64,000 nucleotides of DNA from an uncultured Bacteroidales bacterium (lineage in GTDB: Bacteria > Bacteroidota > Bacteroidia > Bacteroidales > Muribaculaceae), in contig CADAAI010000012.1 in the NCBI GenBank assembly GCA_902785925.1, forward strand, positions 2,179-66,178, in the 5' to 3' direction. Under the pieces are notes generated by a model. It was not told the DNA's origin, did not search any database, and saw only the letters and a list, made by a program, of their open reading frames with translations. Below are positions 1 to 10,015 of the stretch, in pieces. Both the position numbers and the translations under genes were made by a program. Within the stretch, counting starts at the first letter, position 1, and every line of letters starts with the position of its first letter.

Positions 1-24
1 GGAGAGTTTAGAGGGAGAGTTGAG

Positions 25-63
25 AGAAATAAAAACTGCCAGCCCGGTTGTGGACTGGCAGTT
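25..63 (-). terminator. Intrinsic terminator of the frdCAB operon
   Basis: 9-bp stem AACTGCCAG (34-42) / CTGGCAGTT (55-63). Read on the minus strand it is followed by TTTTTATTT (33-25). It lies downstream of the frdB stop at 145. Confidence 0.7.
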
Positions 64-110
64 CTTGTTTGTACTTGGGGATTATGTGTCGTTTCATATT
101 CCCCCCTGTG

Positions 111-136
111 TCCTCCTCTATCTTAGAGGGGGAGTT
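111..136 (+). repeat. REP-like C5/G5 hairpin element, copy 1 (between the frdB stop and its terminator)
   Basis: Stem 111-119 / 125-133 (one G-U pair), loop ATCTT. It ends in AGAGGGGGAGTT (125-136), the same 12-mer as at 23357-23368 and 33272-33283. A degenerate TAGAGGGAGAGTT lies at 9-21. Confidence 0.6.
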
Positions 137-144
137 GGCGATGG

Positions 145-900
145 TTAGTCGCTGCACTTAGCGCTAATGTACTCGCGGTTAAGGCGTGCGATGTTGCTCA
201 GCTTGATGTTCTTGGGGCACTCGGCTGCGCAGGCACCAGTGTTGGTGCAGTTACCGAATCCCAGCTCGTCCATCTTTTGCAGCATAGCCTTTACGCGCTT
301 CTTGGCCTCGGCTTTACCTTGTGGCAGGAGAGCGAACTGGCTTACCTTAGCTGAAACGAAGAGCATAGCCGAACCGTTTTTACAAGCAGCCACGCAGGCA
401 CCGCAACCGATGCAGCTAGCGCTGTCCATTGCCTCGTCGGCAGCCACCTTGCTGATGGGGATAGCGTTGGCATCTTGTGCGCCACCGGTGTTGAAGCTCA
501 CGTAACCACCAGCCTGCTGAATCTTATCGAAGGCATTGCGGTCGACCATGAGGTCCTTGATAACGGGGAACGCTGCCGAGCGCCATGGCTCAACGGTGAT
601 AGTCTCGCCATTCTTGAAGCGGCGCATGTAGAGCTGGCAAGTGGTAGCTCCGGTAGCGGGTCCATGAGGATGGCCGTTGATGTATAGTGAGCACATACCG
701 CAAATACCCTCGCGGCAGTCGTGGTCGAAAGCTACGGGTTCCTCTCCACGCTCAACGAGTTGCTCATTGAGAATATCGAGAGTCTCAAGGAACGAAGTGT
801 CGGTGGGGATGTCCTGCAACTCATAAGTCACAAATTCACCCTGCGCTTTAGGATTAGCTTGGCGCCAAATTTTCAGTTTGATAGAAATACTTGTCTCCAT
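145..900 (-). CDS. frdB: Fumarate reductase / succinate dehydrogenase iron-sulfur subunit
   Basis: 251-aa ORF with a 2Fe-2S motif (CREGICGMC) and two 4Fe-4S Cys clusters ([23 protein letters not shown]). Last gene of a C-A-B operon. Confidence 0.93.
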   Translation of the reverse strand: METSISIKLKIWRQANPKAQGEFVTYELQDIPTDTSFLETLDILNEQLVERGEEPVAFDHDCREGICGMCSLYINGHPHGPATGATTCQLYMRRFKNGETITVEPWRSAAFPVIKDLMVDRNAFDKIQQAGGYVSFNTGGAQDANAIPISKVAADEAMDSASCIGCGACVAACKNGSAMLFVSAKVSQFALLPQGKAEAKKRVKAMLQKMDELGFGNCTNTGACAAECPKNIKLSNIARLNREYISAKCSD

Positions 901-923
901 ACTTTTAGATACTGTTTTAGTGT

Positions 924-2933
924 TTATGACTTATAGTTACGTGTTTGAACCTTAATTGCCTCGTAGTGTAGAGGCTCCTTGATGAGCGATGGCGCCTTGG
1001 TGTCGTCGTCGTTGTACTTCCAGCAAGACACGTAGAAGAAGTTCTCGTCGTCGCGCTTGGCTTCGCCTTCCTCGGTCTGGTGCTCCTCACGGAAGTGTCC
1101 ACCACATGATTCCTCGCGGTTGAGAGCATCGTAGGCGATGAGCTCACCCATGGTGATGAAGTCGCGCAGACGGAATGCCTTGTCGAGCTCGATGTTCATG
1201 CCGTCTTGAGTGCCAGGCACGAAGAGGTTGGTCTCAAACTCCTTGCGGAGTTCCTTAATCTTCTCGAGAGCAGTCTCGAGGCTCTCTTTGGTTCGACCCA
1301 TTCCCACATAGTCCCACATGATGTTACCAAGTTCCTTGTGGATAGAGTCAACCGAGCGATTACCCTTGATGTTCATCAGGTTGTCGAGGTTGGCTTGAAC
1401 GCGCTCCTCGGCTTCCTCAAACTCTGGGAGGTCGGTGCTGAAACGTGGCACAGTGATTTGGTCGCTCAAGTAGTTCTGGATAGTGTAGGGGAGCACGAAG
1501 TAACCATCGGCGAGACCCTGCATCAGAGCCGAAGCACCGAGTCGGTTAGCACCGTGGTCGCTGAAGTTACACTCACCAATAGCGAAGAGACCCTTAACCG
1601 AAGTTTGGAGCTCATAGTCAACCCAAATACCACCCATAGTGTAGTGGATAGCTGGATAAATCATCATTGGGTTGTAGTATTTCACGCCGTTGATTTCGTT
1701 GGCGAGCTCGCCAGGATTAACATCGGTGATTTCCTCATACATGTCGAAGAGGTTGCCATAACGCTGGCGAACCACGTCGATGCCCAGACGGTTGATAGCT
1801 TCGCTGAAGTCGAGGAACACGGCTTGACCTGTGTTGTTAACGCCGAAGCCCTTGTCGCAGCGCTCCTTGGCGGCGCGGCTAGCCACGTCGCGTGGAACGA
1901 GGTTACCGAAAGCTGGATAGCGGCGCTCAAGATAGTAGTCGCGATTCTCCTCGGGGATGTCGCTACCCTTGATCTCGCCAGCTTGTAGACGTTTAGCGTC
2001 TTCAATGTCTTTAGGAACCCAGATGCGTCCGTCGTTGCGCAGTGACTCACTCATGAGGGTGAGCTTCGACTGCTTGTCGCCGTGACGTGGGATGCAGGTG
2101 GGGTGAATCTGAACGTAGGCTGGATTAGCAAAGTAAGCACCCTTGCGATAGCAAGCCATAGCGGCGCTCACGTTGCAAGCCATAGCGTTGGTTGAGAGGA
2201 AATAGGTGTTGCCATAACCACCAGTGGCAATTACCACAGCGTGGGCAGCAAAGCGCTCGAGCTTACCAGTAACAAGGTTCTTGGCGATGATACCACGTGC
2301 GCGGCCGTCGATGATGACCACGTCGTGCATCTCATAACGGTTGTAGCTCTTCACATTGCCCATCTCAATCTGGCGGTTAAGTGATGAGTAAGCACCGAGC
2401 AGCAACTGCTGGCCAGTCTGTCCCTTAGCATAGAAGGTGCGGCTTACCTGAGCACCACCGAAAGAACGGTTGGCGAGCAAGCCACCATATTCGCGAGCGA
2501 AAGGAACACCCTGTGCCACGCACTGATCGATGATGTTGTTAGAAACCTCGGCAAGGCGGTAAACGTTGGCCTCGCGAGCGCGATAGTCGCCACCCTTAAC
2601 AGTGTCGTAGAAGAGGCGGTAAACCGAGTCACCGTCGTTCTGATAGTTTTTAGCAGCATTGATACCACCCTGTGCAGCAATAGAGTGAGCACGGCGTGGT
2701 GAATCCTGAATGCAGAAGTTCATTACCTTGAAACCCATCTCACCAAGAGTGGCAGCAGCGCTGGCACCTGCCAGACCAGTACCTACAACGATGATGTCGA
2801 GACGGCGCTTATTGGCTGGGTTAACAAGTTTTTGATGTGCCTTATAGTTGGTCCATTTCTCAGCTACAGGTCCCTCGGGGATCTTAGAGTCGATGACTGG
2901 CTGAGCAACGTTGTTCTTAATGTTTTCTTCCAT
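924..2933 (-). CDS. frdA: Fumarate reductase / succinate dehydrogenase flavoprotein subunit
   Basis: 669-aa ORF with an N-terminal FAD fold ([15 protein letters not shown]) and SdhA/FrdA signature segments ([24 protein letters not shown]). Confidence 0.95.
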   Translation of the reverse strand: MEENIKNNVAQPVIDSKIPEGPVAEKWTNYKAHQKLVNPANKRRLDIIVVGTGLAGASAAATLGEMGFKVMNFCIQDSPRRAHSIAAQGGINAAKNYQNDGDSVYRLFYDTVKGGDYRAREANVYRLAEVSNNIIDQCVAQGVPFAREYGGLLANRSFGGAQVSRTFYAKGQTGQQLLLGAYSSLNRQIEMGNVKSYNRYEMHDVVIIDGRARGIIAKNLVTGKLERFAAHAVVIATGGYGNTYFLSTNAMACNVSAAMACYRKGAYFANPAYVQIHPTCIPRHGDKQSKLTLMSESLRNDGRIWVPKDIEDAKRLQAGEIKGSDIPEENRDYYLERRYPAFGNLVPRDVASRAAKERCDKGFGVNNTGQAVFLDFSEAINRLGIDVVRQRYGNLFDMYEEITDVNPGELANEINGVKYYNPMMIYPAIHYTMGGIWVDYELQTSVKGLFAIGECNFSDHGANRLGASALMQGLADGYFVLPYTIQNYLSDQITVPRFSTDLPEFEEAEERVQANLDNLMNIKGNRSVDSIHKELGNIMWDYVGMGRTKESLETALEKIKELRKEFETNLFVPGTQDGMNIELDKAFRLRDFITMGELIAYDALNREESCGGHFREEHQTEEGEAKRDDENFFYVSCWKYNDDDTKAPSLIKEPLHYEAIKVQTRNYKS

Positions 2934-2969
2934 TTTGAAAAGTTTTAAATGATTAATTACTCAGCAAGA

Positions 2970-3650
2970 TTAACATGCTCCAATGCATTCGTAGCCCCAT
3001 GCAAACTTGCAAGTGAGAGCGATAGCACAAACAGCAAAGATAAGCATCACGATGGTAGCCCACCAGCAGCCAATGCATTTCCAGCGGTTAAGCCACTTGT
3101 CGTTGTTAACGCCAATCGACTGGAACGCGCTCCAAAAACCGTGGGTGATGTGAAACCAGATGGCAAGGAAGCCAACCAGATAAACTGGTAAAACCCAAGG
3201 TTGCTCAAAGGTGGTCTTCAGGGCCATATAGCCGCTATCGGGAGCCTCGCCCATAATCTCGGGCAATTGCATTTTAGCCCAGAATTGGTACAAGTGCAAC
3301 ACGAGGAAGCACGCTATGATGATGCCCAGCACGAGCATATTTTGCGAAGCCCACTCTACACTCTTTGGGCGTGCAGTAACAGCGTAGCGGTCGTTGCCGC
3401 GTGCACTGCGGTTTTGCAGCGTTAGCCAGAAGGCGTAGATGATGTGAATCACAAAACCTGCGGCGAGCACAGCAGTGCCCAGCAGAGCATACCAGTTGGC
3501 GCCAAGGAACTCGCAAACAGCCTCATAAGCATCGAGCGAATAGACTGCTACTGCGTTCATCAGCGCGTGGAATGTTAAGAATAGGATAAGGAAAAGACCA
3601 GTGACACTCATCACCACTTTCCTACCTACCGAAGATTTGAATAACCACAT
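2970..3650 (-). CDS. frdC: Fumarate reductase cytochrome b membrane subunit
   Basis: 226-aa polytopic hydrophobic protein immediately upstream of frdA. This matches the Bacteroides-type frdCAB order. Confidence 0.85.
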   Translation of the reverse strand: MWLFKSSVGRKVVMSVTGLFLILFLTFHALMNAVAVYSLDAYEAVCEFLGANWYALLGTAVLAAGFVIHIIYAFWLTLQNRSARGNDRYAVTARPKSVEWASQNMLVLGIIIACFLVLHLYQFWAKMQLPEIMGEAPDSGYMALKTTFEQPWVLPVYLVGFLAIWFHITHGFWSAFQSIGVNNDKWLNRWKCIGCWWATIVMLIFAVCAIALTCKFAWGYECIGAC

Positions 3651-3823
3651 AGTAGATTTTGAATTTAGTTATTAATTGATTTATTTAATTAGTTTTCAAT
3701 GCAATAGCTGCCACACGTAATGCGCATGGCTGAATTTCAGTGCAAATATACCATTTTTAAGCGTGATTTGCAACCCGTGTGATGAAAAACTTTTATTGTT
3801 CTTGTTTTTTGAGAAATAAATAT

Positions 3824-3831
3824 TATTTTTG
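3824..3831 (+). promoter_or_regulatory. Bacteroidetes -7 promoter box (TAnnTTTG) for C10 protease 1
   Basis: TATTTTTG lies 35 nt upstream of the ATG at 3866, in an AT-rich intergenic region. Confidence 0.55.
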
Positions 3832-3865
3832 CAGTGAAAATAAATAACTATATTAGGTATAAAAT

Positions 3866-6800
3866 ATGAAAAAAGGATTATTACTTTTTGCGCTTGTTAT
3901 GATGTGTCTGCCGATGATGGCCGAGCAACGCTCAGCAAGCGAAGCCCAAAATGTGGCAAACAATTACTTGCGAACCAAAGCATCACACCACCTGATGGGT
4001 GTAAGCACACAATCCCCTCAGTTGTCGCTGTCGATGATTGGCACGAATGCCGACAATAAGGTTGACTACTATGTGTTTAACAATGGCAAGGAAAATGGAT
4101 TCATTATCGTCTCGGGCGACGACAAGGCTGCTCCTGTGCTGGGCTACTGCGACGAGGGCTTGATAGACGCCAACGACATCCCCGACGGCTTGCGCTACTG
4201 GCTCGAATGCTATGCCGAGCAGATGCAGTACTTGCGTTCGCATCCCGAGAGTGCCTATGTGGCTCCACGCTCGCAGTCCAACGTGATGATTACTCCATTG
4301 CTCACCTGCAAATGGAACCAGAATTCCCCTTACAACGACCAGTGCCCCACCTATGGTGCAGCACAGACTCGTGCTATGACAGGATGTGTGGCAACAGCCA
4401 CAGCTCAGGTGATGTACTACCACAAGTGGCCACAGCAGGGAAGCGGTGAATTTACCTATGTGTGCAACGTCAACGGCGAGGGTGAGCAAACATTGAGCGC
4501 CGACTTTGGCAGCACTACCTACGACTGGAACAACATGCTTGACTACTACACGCCCAATGGCTATTCTGAAGCCGAGGGCAATGCTGTGGCAACCCTCATG
4601 AGTCATGTGGGCATCGCTTCGCACATGAACTATGGCAGTTCAAGCAACACTCCCATGTTTGCAGCGATGGAAGCTATGCGACTCTATTTTGGCTACAATT
4701 CAGGAATGAGAAAATACAACCGCATCAGTAAAACAGCAGCGCAGTGGGACAGCCTATTGATGAATGAGCTGCTAAATTCTCGCCCCATTATATATACCGG
4801 TTTCACTCCTAATGGTGGCGGCCACGCCTTTGTGCTCGATGGCATAAATGCCGAAGGATATTACCATTTCAATTGGGGTTGGGGAGGAAAAAGCGATGGC
4901 TACTTCCTTATCACAGCTCTCAGCCCAACCGACCAAGGCATCGGCTCTTTTGAGGGCGGCTACAACACTTCTCAAGAGTTTATTGCCAATGTTTATCCCG
5001 ATAAGGGCGAGCCTGAACCTGAAAGATTTATTGAAGGAACCTGCTACAGGATCTGGTCAGGTGTTGATCACGTGAATTTGGGTCAGAATGCCCCTTTGCA
5101 TTATAGATACCTGCATTTCAACAGCTATGGTTACGGTTTGAGTGCCGATATCGCGATTGGTTTTATGTTGAGCGACCTTAACGGCAATGTAGTCTATTTC
5201 CCAGGCAATAACACCATAACTCTTAATTTTGTTTTTGGATCAAACTATTCAAGGATTAATAATAGTTCCTTCACCTACCACACGCCAGCCTCTCTTGCCG
5301 ATGGCGACTACCGCCTGTGGTTTATGTATAAGTTGGCAAATCCAGCAGTTACTGGTTTTTCTTACCTTGCCAACATTCCAAACATACCTAAATATATCAA
5401 TGTTAAGGTGCAGAATGGTGTGATGTACTTCTCAGAGCCAGAAACCGAGTCGGGACAGTTGAGCGTCACCAACCTTCTCGCCCCCAATGTGGTGGGAGCA
5501 GGCAACAAAATGGAAGTGAGTGCCTCTATCTCCAATGCCGGCAAGGAGTACTACAACAATGTTTTCTTCGCTCTCATCAACAACGAGGATGAGTATAAGA
5601 TATATGACCCTATTAATATAAATGTGCCCACTGGTGGCAAGGTGACTATCAACAGCATCCTCACTGCCCCAACCGAGCCAGGCGAATATGAGCTAGCGGT
5701 GCTCAATAAAGATCTCGCCAAGATAGGTGGTGGCACAGTCACCGTGATGGTGCAGGAGAGCAGCAACTATCTCCTCACAATCAACACTCCACTGCAGGTG
5801 AATAGCTACTACATGGACATGGACAACGTGGGCGGAACTGCAGTGCTTGGCAACACAGGCACCGGCGACTATGTGGGGCCCATCCCTTACATGATTCTTA
5901 GTGAAGACAGCAAGCAAGTTCTGTACAGAGGTAATACAAATGTCGTTACCATCCCCGCTGGAGGAACTGCTACGGTGAATATCAAGACACACTTTGAAAG
6001 AGCACCTCAAGTTATTTACAAGATGTGTCTGTGTGATCCTAAGTATCCCGACAAGAACGTCATTTGGGGCGCTCAAGTGCCATTCGAGCTTAATGGAACC
6101 TGGCCTACTACTTTACTCGACAAGCTTGTCAAAGATGGCATAAACGACGGAGACTACCGCATTGCCGACAATCTCACCATTGCCGATTCTCATGACCAGA
6201 GCGTCTTTGCCACCAACGGCCACGGCTCGTGGATTGAGGTGAAGTGTGGCGACAACTTCGGTGCTGTTAATGCGATGGGCGCTTTGAAGGCAGGAACCGT
6301 GTGGGGCAAGTACTTTATGACCGACGGCAACCCTTCAATCACTCTCACCCAGCTTCCTGAGGCAGGCGTGGTGCAAGAGGGTGTTGTCGAGAAGCTCGAC
6401 TTGAGCAAGCCTTACACTTCCGTTCCCGACCAGGTGATTGACTTTACTGGATATTTCTTCACAGAGAACGGAAATTCCATCATTTACACTTATGACGGCA
6501 GCGATGGCGACAAGGGACAGGCTGTACCCATCTCATTTGAGTGGCTCAATGCCTTTGCCCCTCTCACCGAGGGCTCATGCTATGACATGCACGGTGTGGT
6601 GATGCTCAAGCCAGCAGCTAGTGGCGCTCCCAGTCTCATGGCCGATGGAACAGTGCCTGCTAACTACATCGTATATCTCACAAAGGCTCCCGATGTGATC
6701 ACTGCGATTAATAATGTGATTAATGAAGCTGTGAAAGTGAGCGTGAATGGTAGGACAATCAATGTTTCAGGAGCAAGCAGCGTTGCGATCTACAATACAG

Positions 6801-6898
6801 CTGGTGCGTTAGTCAGTCGCAACGCCACAACAATGTTGCCCGCTGGCGTCTATATTGTAGTCGCTGATGGCAAGAGCTTCAAGGTGATTGTGCGATAA
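3866..6898 (+). CDS. C10-family (streptopain/SpeB-like) cysteine protease with a large C-terminal extension and a T9SS C-terminal sorting domain, paralogue 1
   Basis: Signal peptide, propeptide-like N-terminus, catalytic Cys context TGCVATATAQVM, catalytic His context GGGHAFVLDG, NWGWGG motif. The C-terminus (VAIYNTAGALV...GVYIVVADGKSFKVIVR) is typical of a T9SS CTD. Confidence 0.85.
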   Translation: MKKGLLLFALVMMCLPMMAEQRSASEAQNVANNYLRTKASHHLMGVSTQSPQLSLSMIGTNADNKVDYYVFNNGKENGFIIVSGDDKAAPVLGYCDEGLIDANDIPDGLRYWLECYAEQMQYLRSHPESAYVAPRSQSNVMITPLLTCKWNQNSPYNDQCPTYGAAQTRAMTGCVATATAQVMYYHKWPQQGSGEFTYVCNVNGEGEQTLSADFGSTTYDWNNMLDYYTPNGYSEAEGNAVATLMSHVGIASHMNYGSSSNTPMFAAMEAMRLYFGYNSGMRKYNRISKTAAQWDSLLMNELLNSRPIIYTGFTPNGGGHAFVLDGINAEGYYHFNWGWGGKSDGYFLITALSPTDQGIGSFEGGYNTSQEFIANVYPDKGEPEPERFIEGTCYRIWSGVDHVNLGQNAPLHYRYLHFNSYGYGLSADIAIGFMLSDLNGNVVYFPGNNTITLNFVFGSNYSRINNSSFTYHTPASLADGDYRLWFMYKLANPAVTGFSYLANIPNIPKYINVKVQNGVMYFSEPETESGQLSVTNLLAPNVVGAGNKMEVSASISNAGKEYYNNVFFALINNEDEYKIYDPININVPTGGKVTINSILTAPTEPGEYELAVLNKDLAKIGGGTVTVMVQESSNYLLTINTPLQVNSYYMDMDNVGGTAVLGNTGTGDYVGPIPYMILSEDSKQVLYRGNTNVVTIPAGGTATVNIKTHFERAPQVIYKMCLCDPKYPDKNVIWGAQVPFELNGTWPTTLLDKLVKDGINDGDYRIADNLTIADSHDQSVFATNGHGSWIEVKCGDNFGAVNAMGALKAGTVWGKYFMTDGNPSITLTQLPEAGVVQEGVVEKLDLSKPYTSVPDQVIDFTGYFFTENGNSIIYTYDGSDGDKGQAVPISFEWLNAFAPLTEGSCYDMHGVVMLKPAASGAPSLMADGTVPANYIVYLTKAPDVITAINNVINEAVKVSVNGRTINVSGASSVAIYNTAGALVSRNATTMLPAGVYIVVADGKSFKVIVR

Positions 6899-6914
6899 TT
6901 TGATGAATTTTTAC

Positions 6915-6951
6915 ACTGAGTCTACTTGAAATATAGTGGACTCAGTTTTTT
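6915..6951 (+). terminator. Intrinsic terminator between the two C10 protease genes
   Basis: 11-bp stem 6915-6925 / 6936-6946 (one G-U pair), 10-nt loop, followed by a T run at 6946-6951. Confidence 0.65.
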
Positions 6952-6973
6952 AATTATAAACCAACTAGCAGAA

Positions 6974-9900
6974 ATGAGAAATACAATTTTGTTTTTTCTT
7001 CTTGCGGTGATGCTCTCACCTGGTATCATGGCCGAGCAACGCTCAGCAAGCGATGCCCAAAATGTGGCTAGTAACTACTTGCGAACCAAAGCACAACACC
7101 ACCTGCTGGGTGTGAGTACACATGCTCCTCAGTTGTCGCTGTCGATGACTGGCACGAATGTCGACAATAAGATTGACTACTATGTGTTCAACAATGGAAA
7201 GGACAATGGTTTCATAATCGTCTCGGGCGACGATAATGCCGCTCCTGTGTTGGGCTATTGCGACGAGGGCTCATTCGACGCCAACGACATCCCCGACGGC
7301 ATGCGCTACTGGCTCGACTGCTACGCCGAGCAGATGCAATACCTGCGCTCGCATCCCGAGAGCGCCTATGTGGCTCCACGCTCGCAGTCCAACGTGATGA
7401 TTACTCCATTGCTCACCTGCAAATGGAACCAGAATTCCCCCTTCAACGACAAGTGCCCAACCTATGGCGCTGACAACACTCATGCTGTTACTGGATGTGT
7501 GGCAACAGCCACAGCTCAAGTGATGTGCTACCACAAGTGGCCAACTCAGGGAACAGGTGAATTTACCTATGTGTGCAACGTCAACGGCGAGGGTGAGCAA
7601 ACGTTGAGTGCCGACTTTGGCAGCACCACCTACGACTGGGACAACATGCTTGACTACTATTCTCCCAACAGTTATTCTGAAGCCGAGGGCAATGCCGTGG
7701 CAACCCTCATGAGTCATGTAGGTATTGCATCTCACATGGAATATGGCAGCATAAGCAGCACTGCCACTTATGCCGCAATGGAAGCCTTGCGACTCTATTT
7801 TGGCTATAATTCGGGAATGAGAATATACAATCGCATAACCATGAATGCTGCGCAGTGGGACAGCCTCCTGATGAATGAGTTGCTAAATGCTCGCCCCATT
7901 ATTTTTTCTGCTGCCACCCCTAAGGGCGGCGGCCACTGCTTTGTGCTCGATGGCATAAATGCCGATGGATATTACCACTTCAACTGGGGCTGGGGTGGCG
8001 TTAGCGATGGCTACTTCCTTATCACGGCACTTAGCCCAAGTGACCAGGGCATAGGCTCATTTGAGGGTGGTTACAACGCTTCTCAACAGATTGTTGCAAA
8101 TGTCTATCCCGACAAGGGCGAACCCGTTCCTGAAAGATTCCTTGAAGGAGTCTGCTACAAGTTCTGGTCGGCTCAGGATCACGTGAATTTGGGTCAGAAT
8201 GCCAACTTGCATTATAGATTCCTGCAGTTCAACAGCTATGGTTACGGTTTGAGTGCTGATATTACGATTGGTTTTATGTTGGCCGATATTAATGGTAATA
8301 TAGTCCAGTTCACAAGCAATAACACCCACACTTCTAATTTTAATTTTGGAACAAACTATTCATTGCTTAATGATAAATTTTTCACCTACCACACCCCCGC
8401 CTCTCTTGCCGATGGCGATTACCGTCTGTGGTTTATGTATAAGTTGGCAAATCCAGCAGTTACCGGATTCTCTTACCTTGCCAACTGCCCCAATATACCT
8501 CGCTTCATTAGTGTTAAGGTGCAGAATGGGGTGATGTACTTCTCTACTCCTGCAACTGAATCAGGACAGTTGAGCATCACCGACCTTAGTGCTCCCGGGG
8601 AAGTGGGAGCAGGCAACAAAATGGAATTGAGTGCCTCCATCTCCAATGCCGGCAAGGAATATTTCGATAACGTCTATTTCGCCCTTATCGACAACAATGA
8701 TAATTATAAAATATATGACCCTATTAATATAAATGTGCCCACTGGTGGCAAGGTGACTATCAACAGCATCCTCACTGCCCCGACCGAGCCAGGCGAATAT
8801 GAGCTAGCGGTTCTCAATAAAGATTTCGCCAAGATAGGTGGTGGCACAGTCACAGTGATGGTGCAGGAGAGCAGCAATTATCTCCTCACAATCAACACCC
8901 AACTGCAGGTGAATAGCTACTACATGGACATGGACAACGTGGGCGGAACTGCAGTGCTTGGCAACACAGGCACCGGCGACTATGTGGGTCCCATCCCTTA
9001 CATGATTCTTAGTGAAGACAGCAAGCAAGTTCTGTACAGAGGCAACACTAATGTCGTTACCATCCCCGCTGGAGGAACTGCTACGGTGAATATCAAGACA
9101 CACTTTGAAAGAGTTCCTCAAGTCATTTACAAGATGTGCCTGCGTGATCCTAAGTATCCCGACCTGAACGTCATTTGGGGCGCTCAAGTGCCATTCGAGC
9201 TTAATGGAACCTGGCCCACTACTTTGCTTGACAATCTTGTCAAAGATGGCATAAATGATGGTGACTACCGCATTGCCGACAATCTCACCATTGCCGACTC
9301 TCACGACAAGAGCGCCTTTGCGACCAACGGCCACGGCTCGTGGATTGAAGTGAAGTGTGGCGACAACTTCGATGCTGTTAATACCATGGGCGCATTGAAG
9401 GCAGGAACCGTGTGGGGCAAGTACTTTATGACCGACGGCAACCCTTCAATCACCCTCACCAAGCTTCCTGAGGCAGGCGTAGTGCAAGAGGGCGTAGTCG
9501 AGAAGCTCGACTTGAGCAAGCCTTACACTCCAGTTCCCGACCAAGTGATAGACTTCTCCGGATTTTACTTTGTTGAGAACGGAAAAGACGTTATTTACGC
9601 TTATGACGGCAGCGATGGCGACAAGGGACAGGCTGTACCCATCTCGTTTGACTGGCTGAGCGGGTTTGCTCCTCTCACGGAGGGCGCTTGCTATGACATG
9701 CATGGTGTGGTGATGCTCAAGCCAGCAACCAGTGGCGCTCCCGCTCTCATGGCCGATGGTGCTGTTCCTGCCAACTACATTGTTTATCTCACTAATGCTC
9801 CCGATGTGGTCACTGCAATCGACCAGATAAACGGCAGTGGAGTGAAAGTGAACGTGGCGAGTGGCACAATTAATGTTGCTGGAGCAAGCAGTGTTGCAAT

Positions 9901-10009
9901 CTACAATACAGCTGGTGCGTTAGTCAGTCGCAATGTCACAACTATGTTGCCCGCTGGCGTCTACGTTGTGGTTGCCGATGGTAAGAGCTACAAAGTGATT
10001 GTAAAATAA
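6974..10009 (+). CDS. C10-family cysteine protease with T9SS C-terminal domain, paralogue 2
   Basis: Same architecture as 3866..6898 (TGCVATATAQVM, GGGHCFVLDG, T9SS-like tail). The ORF opens at a TTG at 6926. The ATG at 6974 (MRNTILFFLLAV...) gives a normal signal peptide. Confidence 0.85.
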   Translation: MRNTILFFLLAVMLSPGIMAEQRSASDAQNVASNYLRTKAQHHLLGVSTHAPQLSLSMTGTNVDNKIDYYVFNNGKDNGFIIVSGDDNAAPVLGYCDEGSFDANDIPDGMRYWLDCYAEQMQYLRSHPESAYVAPRSQSNVMITPLLTCKWNQNSPFNDKCPTYGADNTHAVTGCVATATAQVMCYHKWPTQGTGEFTYVCNVNGEGEQTLSADFGSTTYDWDNMLDYYSPNSYSEAEGNAVATLMSHVGIASHMEYGSISSTATYAAMEALRLYFGYNSGMRIYNRITMNAAQWDSLLMNELLNARPIIFSAATPKGGGHCFVLDGINADGYYHFNWGWGGVSDGYFLITALSPSDQGIGSFEGGYNASQQIVANVYPDKGEPVPERFLEGVCYKFWSAQDHVNLGQNANLHYRFLQFNSYGYGLSADITIGFMLADINGNIVQFTSNNTHTSNFNFGTNYSLLNDKFFTYHTPASLADGDYRLWFMYKLANPAVTGFSYLANCPNIPRFISVKVQNGVMYFSTPATESGQLSITDLSAPGEVGAGNKMELSASISNAGKEYFDNVYFALIDNNDNYKIYDPININVPTGGKVTINSILTAPTEPGEYELAVLNKDFAKIGGGTVTVMVQESSNYLLTINTQLQVNSYYMDMDNVGGTAVLGNTGTGDYVGPIPYMILSEDSKQVLYRGNTNVVTIPAGGTATVNIKTHFERVPQVIYKMCLRDPKYPDLNVIWGAQVPFELNGTWPTTLLDNLVKDGINDGDYRIADNLTIADSHDKSAFATNGHGSWIEVKCGDNFDAVNTMGALKAGTVWGKYFMTDGNPSITLTKLPEAGVVQEGVVEKLDLSKPYTPVPDQVIDFSGFYFVENGKDVIYAYDGSDGDKGQAVPISFDWLSGFAPLTEGACYDMHGVVMLKPATSGAPALMADGAVPANYIVYLTNAPDVVTAIDQINGSGVKVNVASGTINVAGASSVAIYNTAGALVSRNVTTMLPAGVYVVVADGKSYKVIVK

Positions 10010-10015
10010 ATTTTT

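Larger units (their letters stand above)
3866..10009 (+). repeat. Tandem duplication unit (two C10 protease paralogues, register offset about 3111 nt)
   Basis: Position 5601 aligns with 8712. Identity is mosaic, ranging from near-identical blocks to blocks with roughly a quarter of positions different. Confidence 0.9.

Noticed and set aside
1206-1988. 260-aa plus-strand ORF inside frdA, plus similar ORFs at 167..505, 475..687 and 1682..2050
   Set aside because: These are antisense or alternative-frame shadows of well-supported frd genes. Their composition is low-complexity Val/Leu/Ser-rich, with no start context or motifs.
3983-4624. Minus-strand ORFs inside both C10 protease genes (3983..4624, 7271..7735, 5693..6076, 8804..9334) that look conserved between the copies
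   Set aside because: The conservation only reflects the duplicated sense-strand genes. They are His/Val-rich antisense translations with no promoter or signal features.
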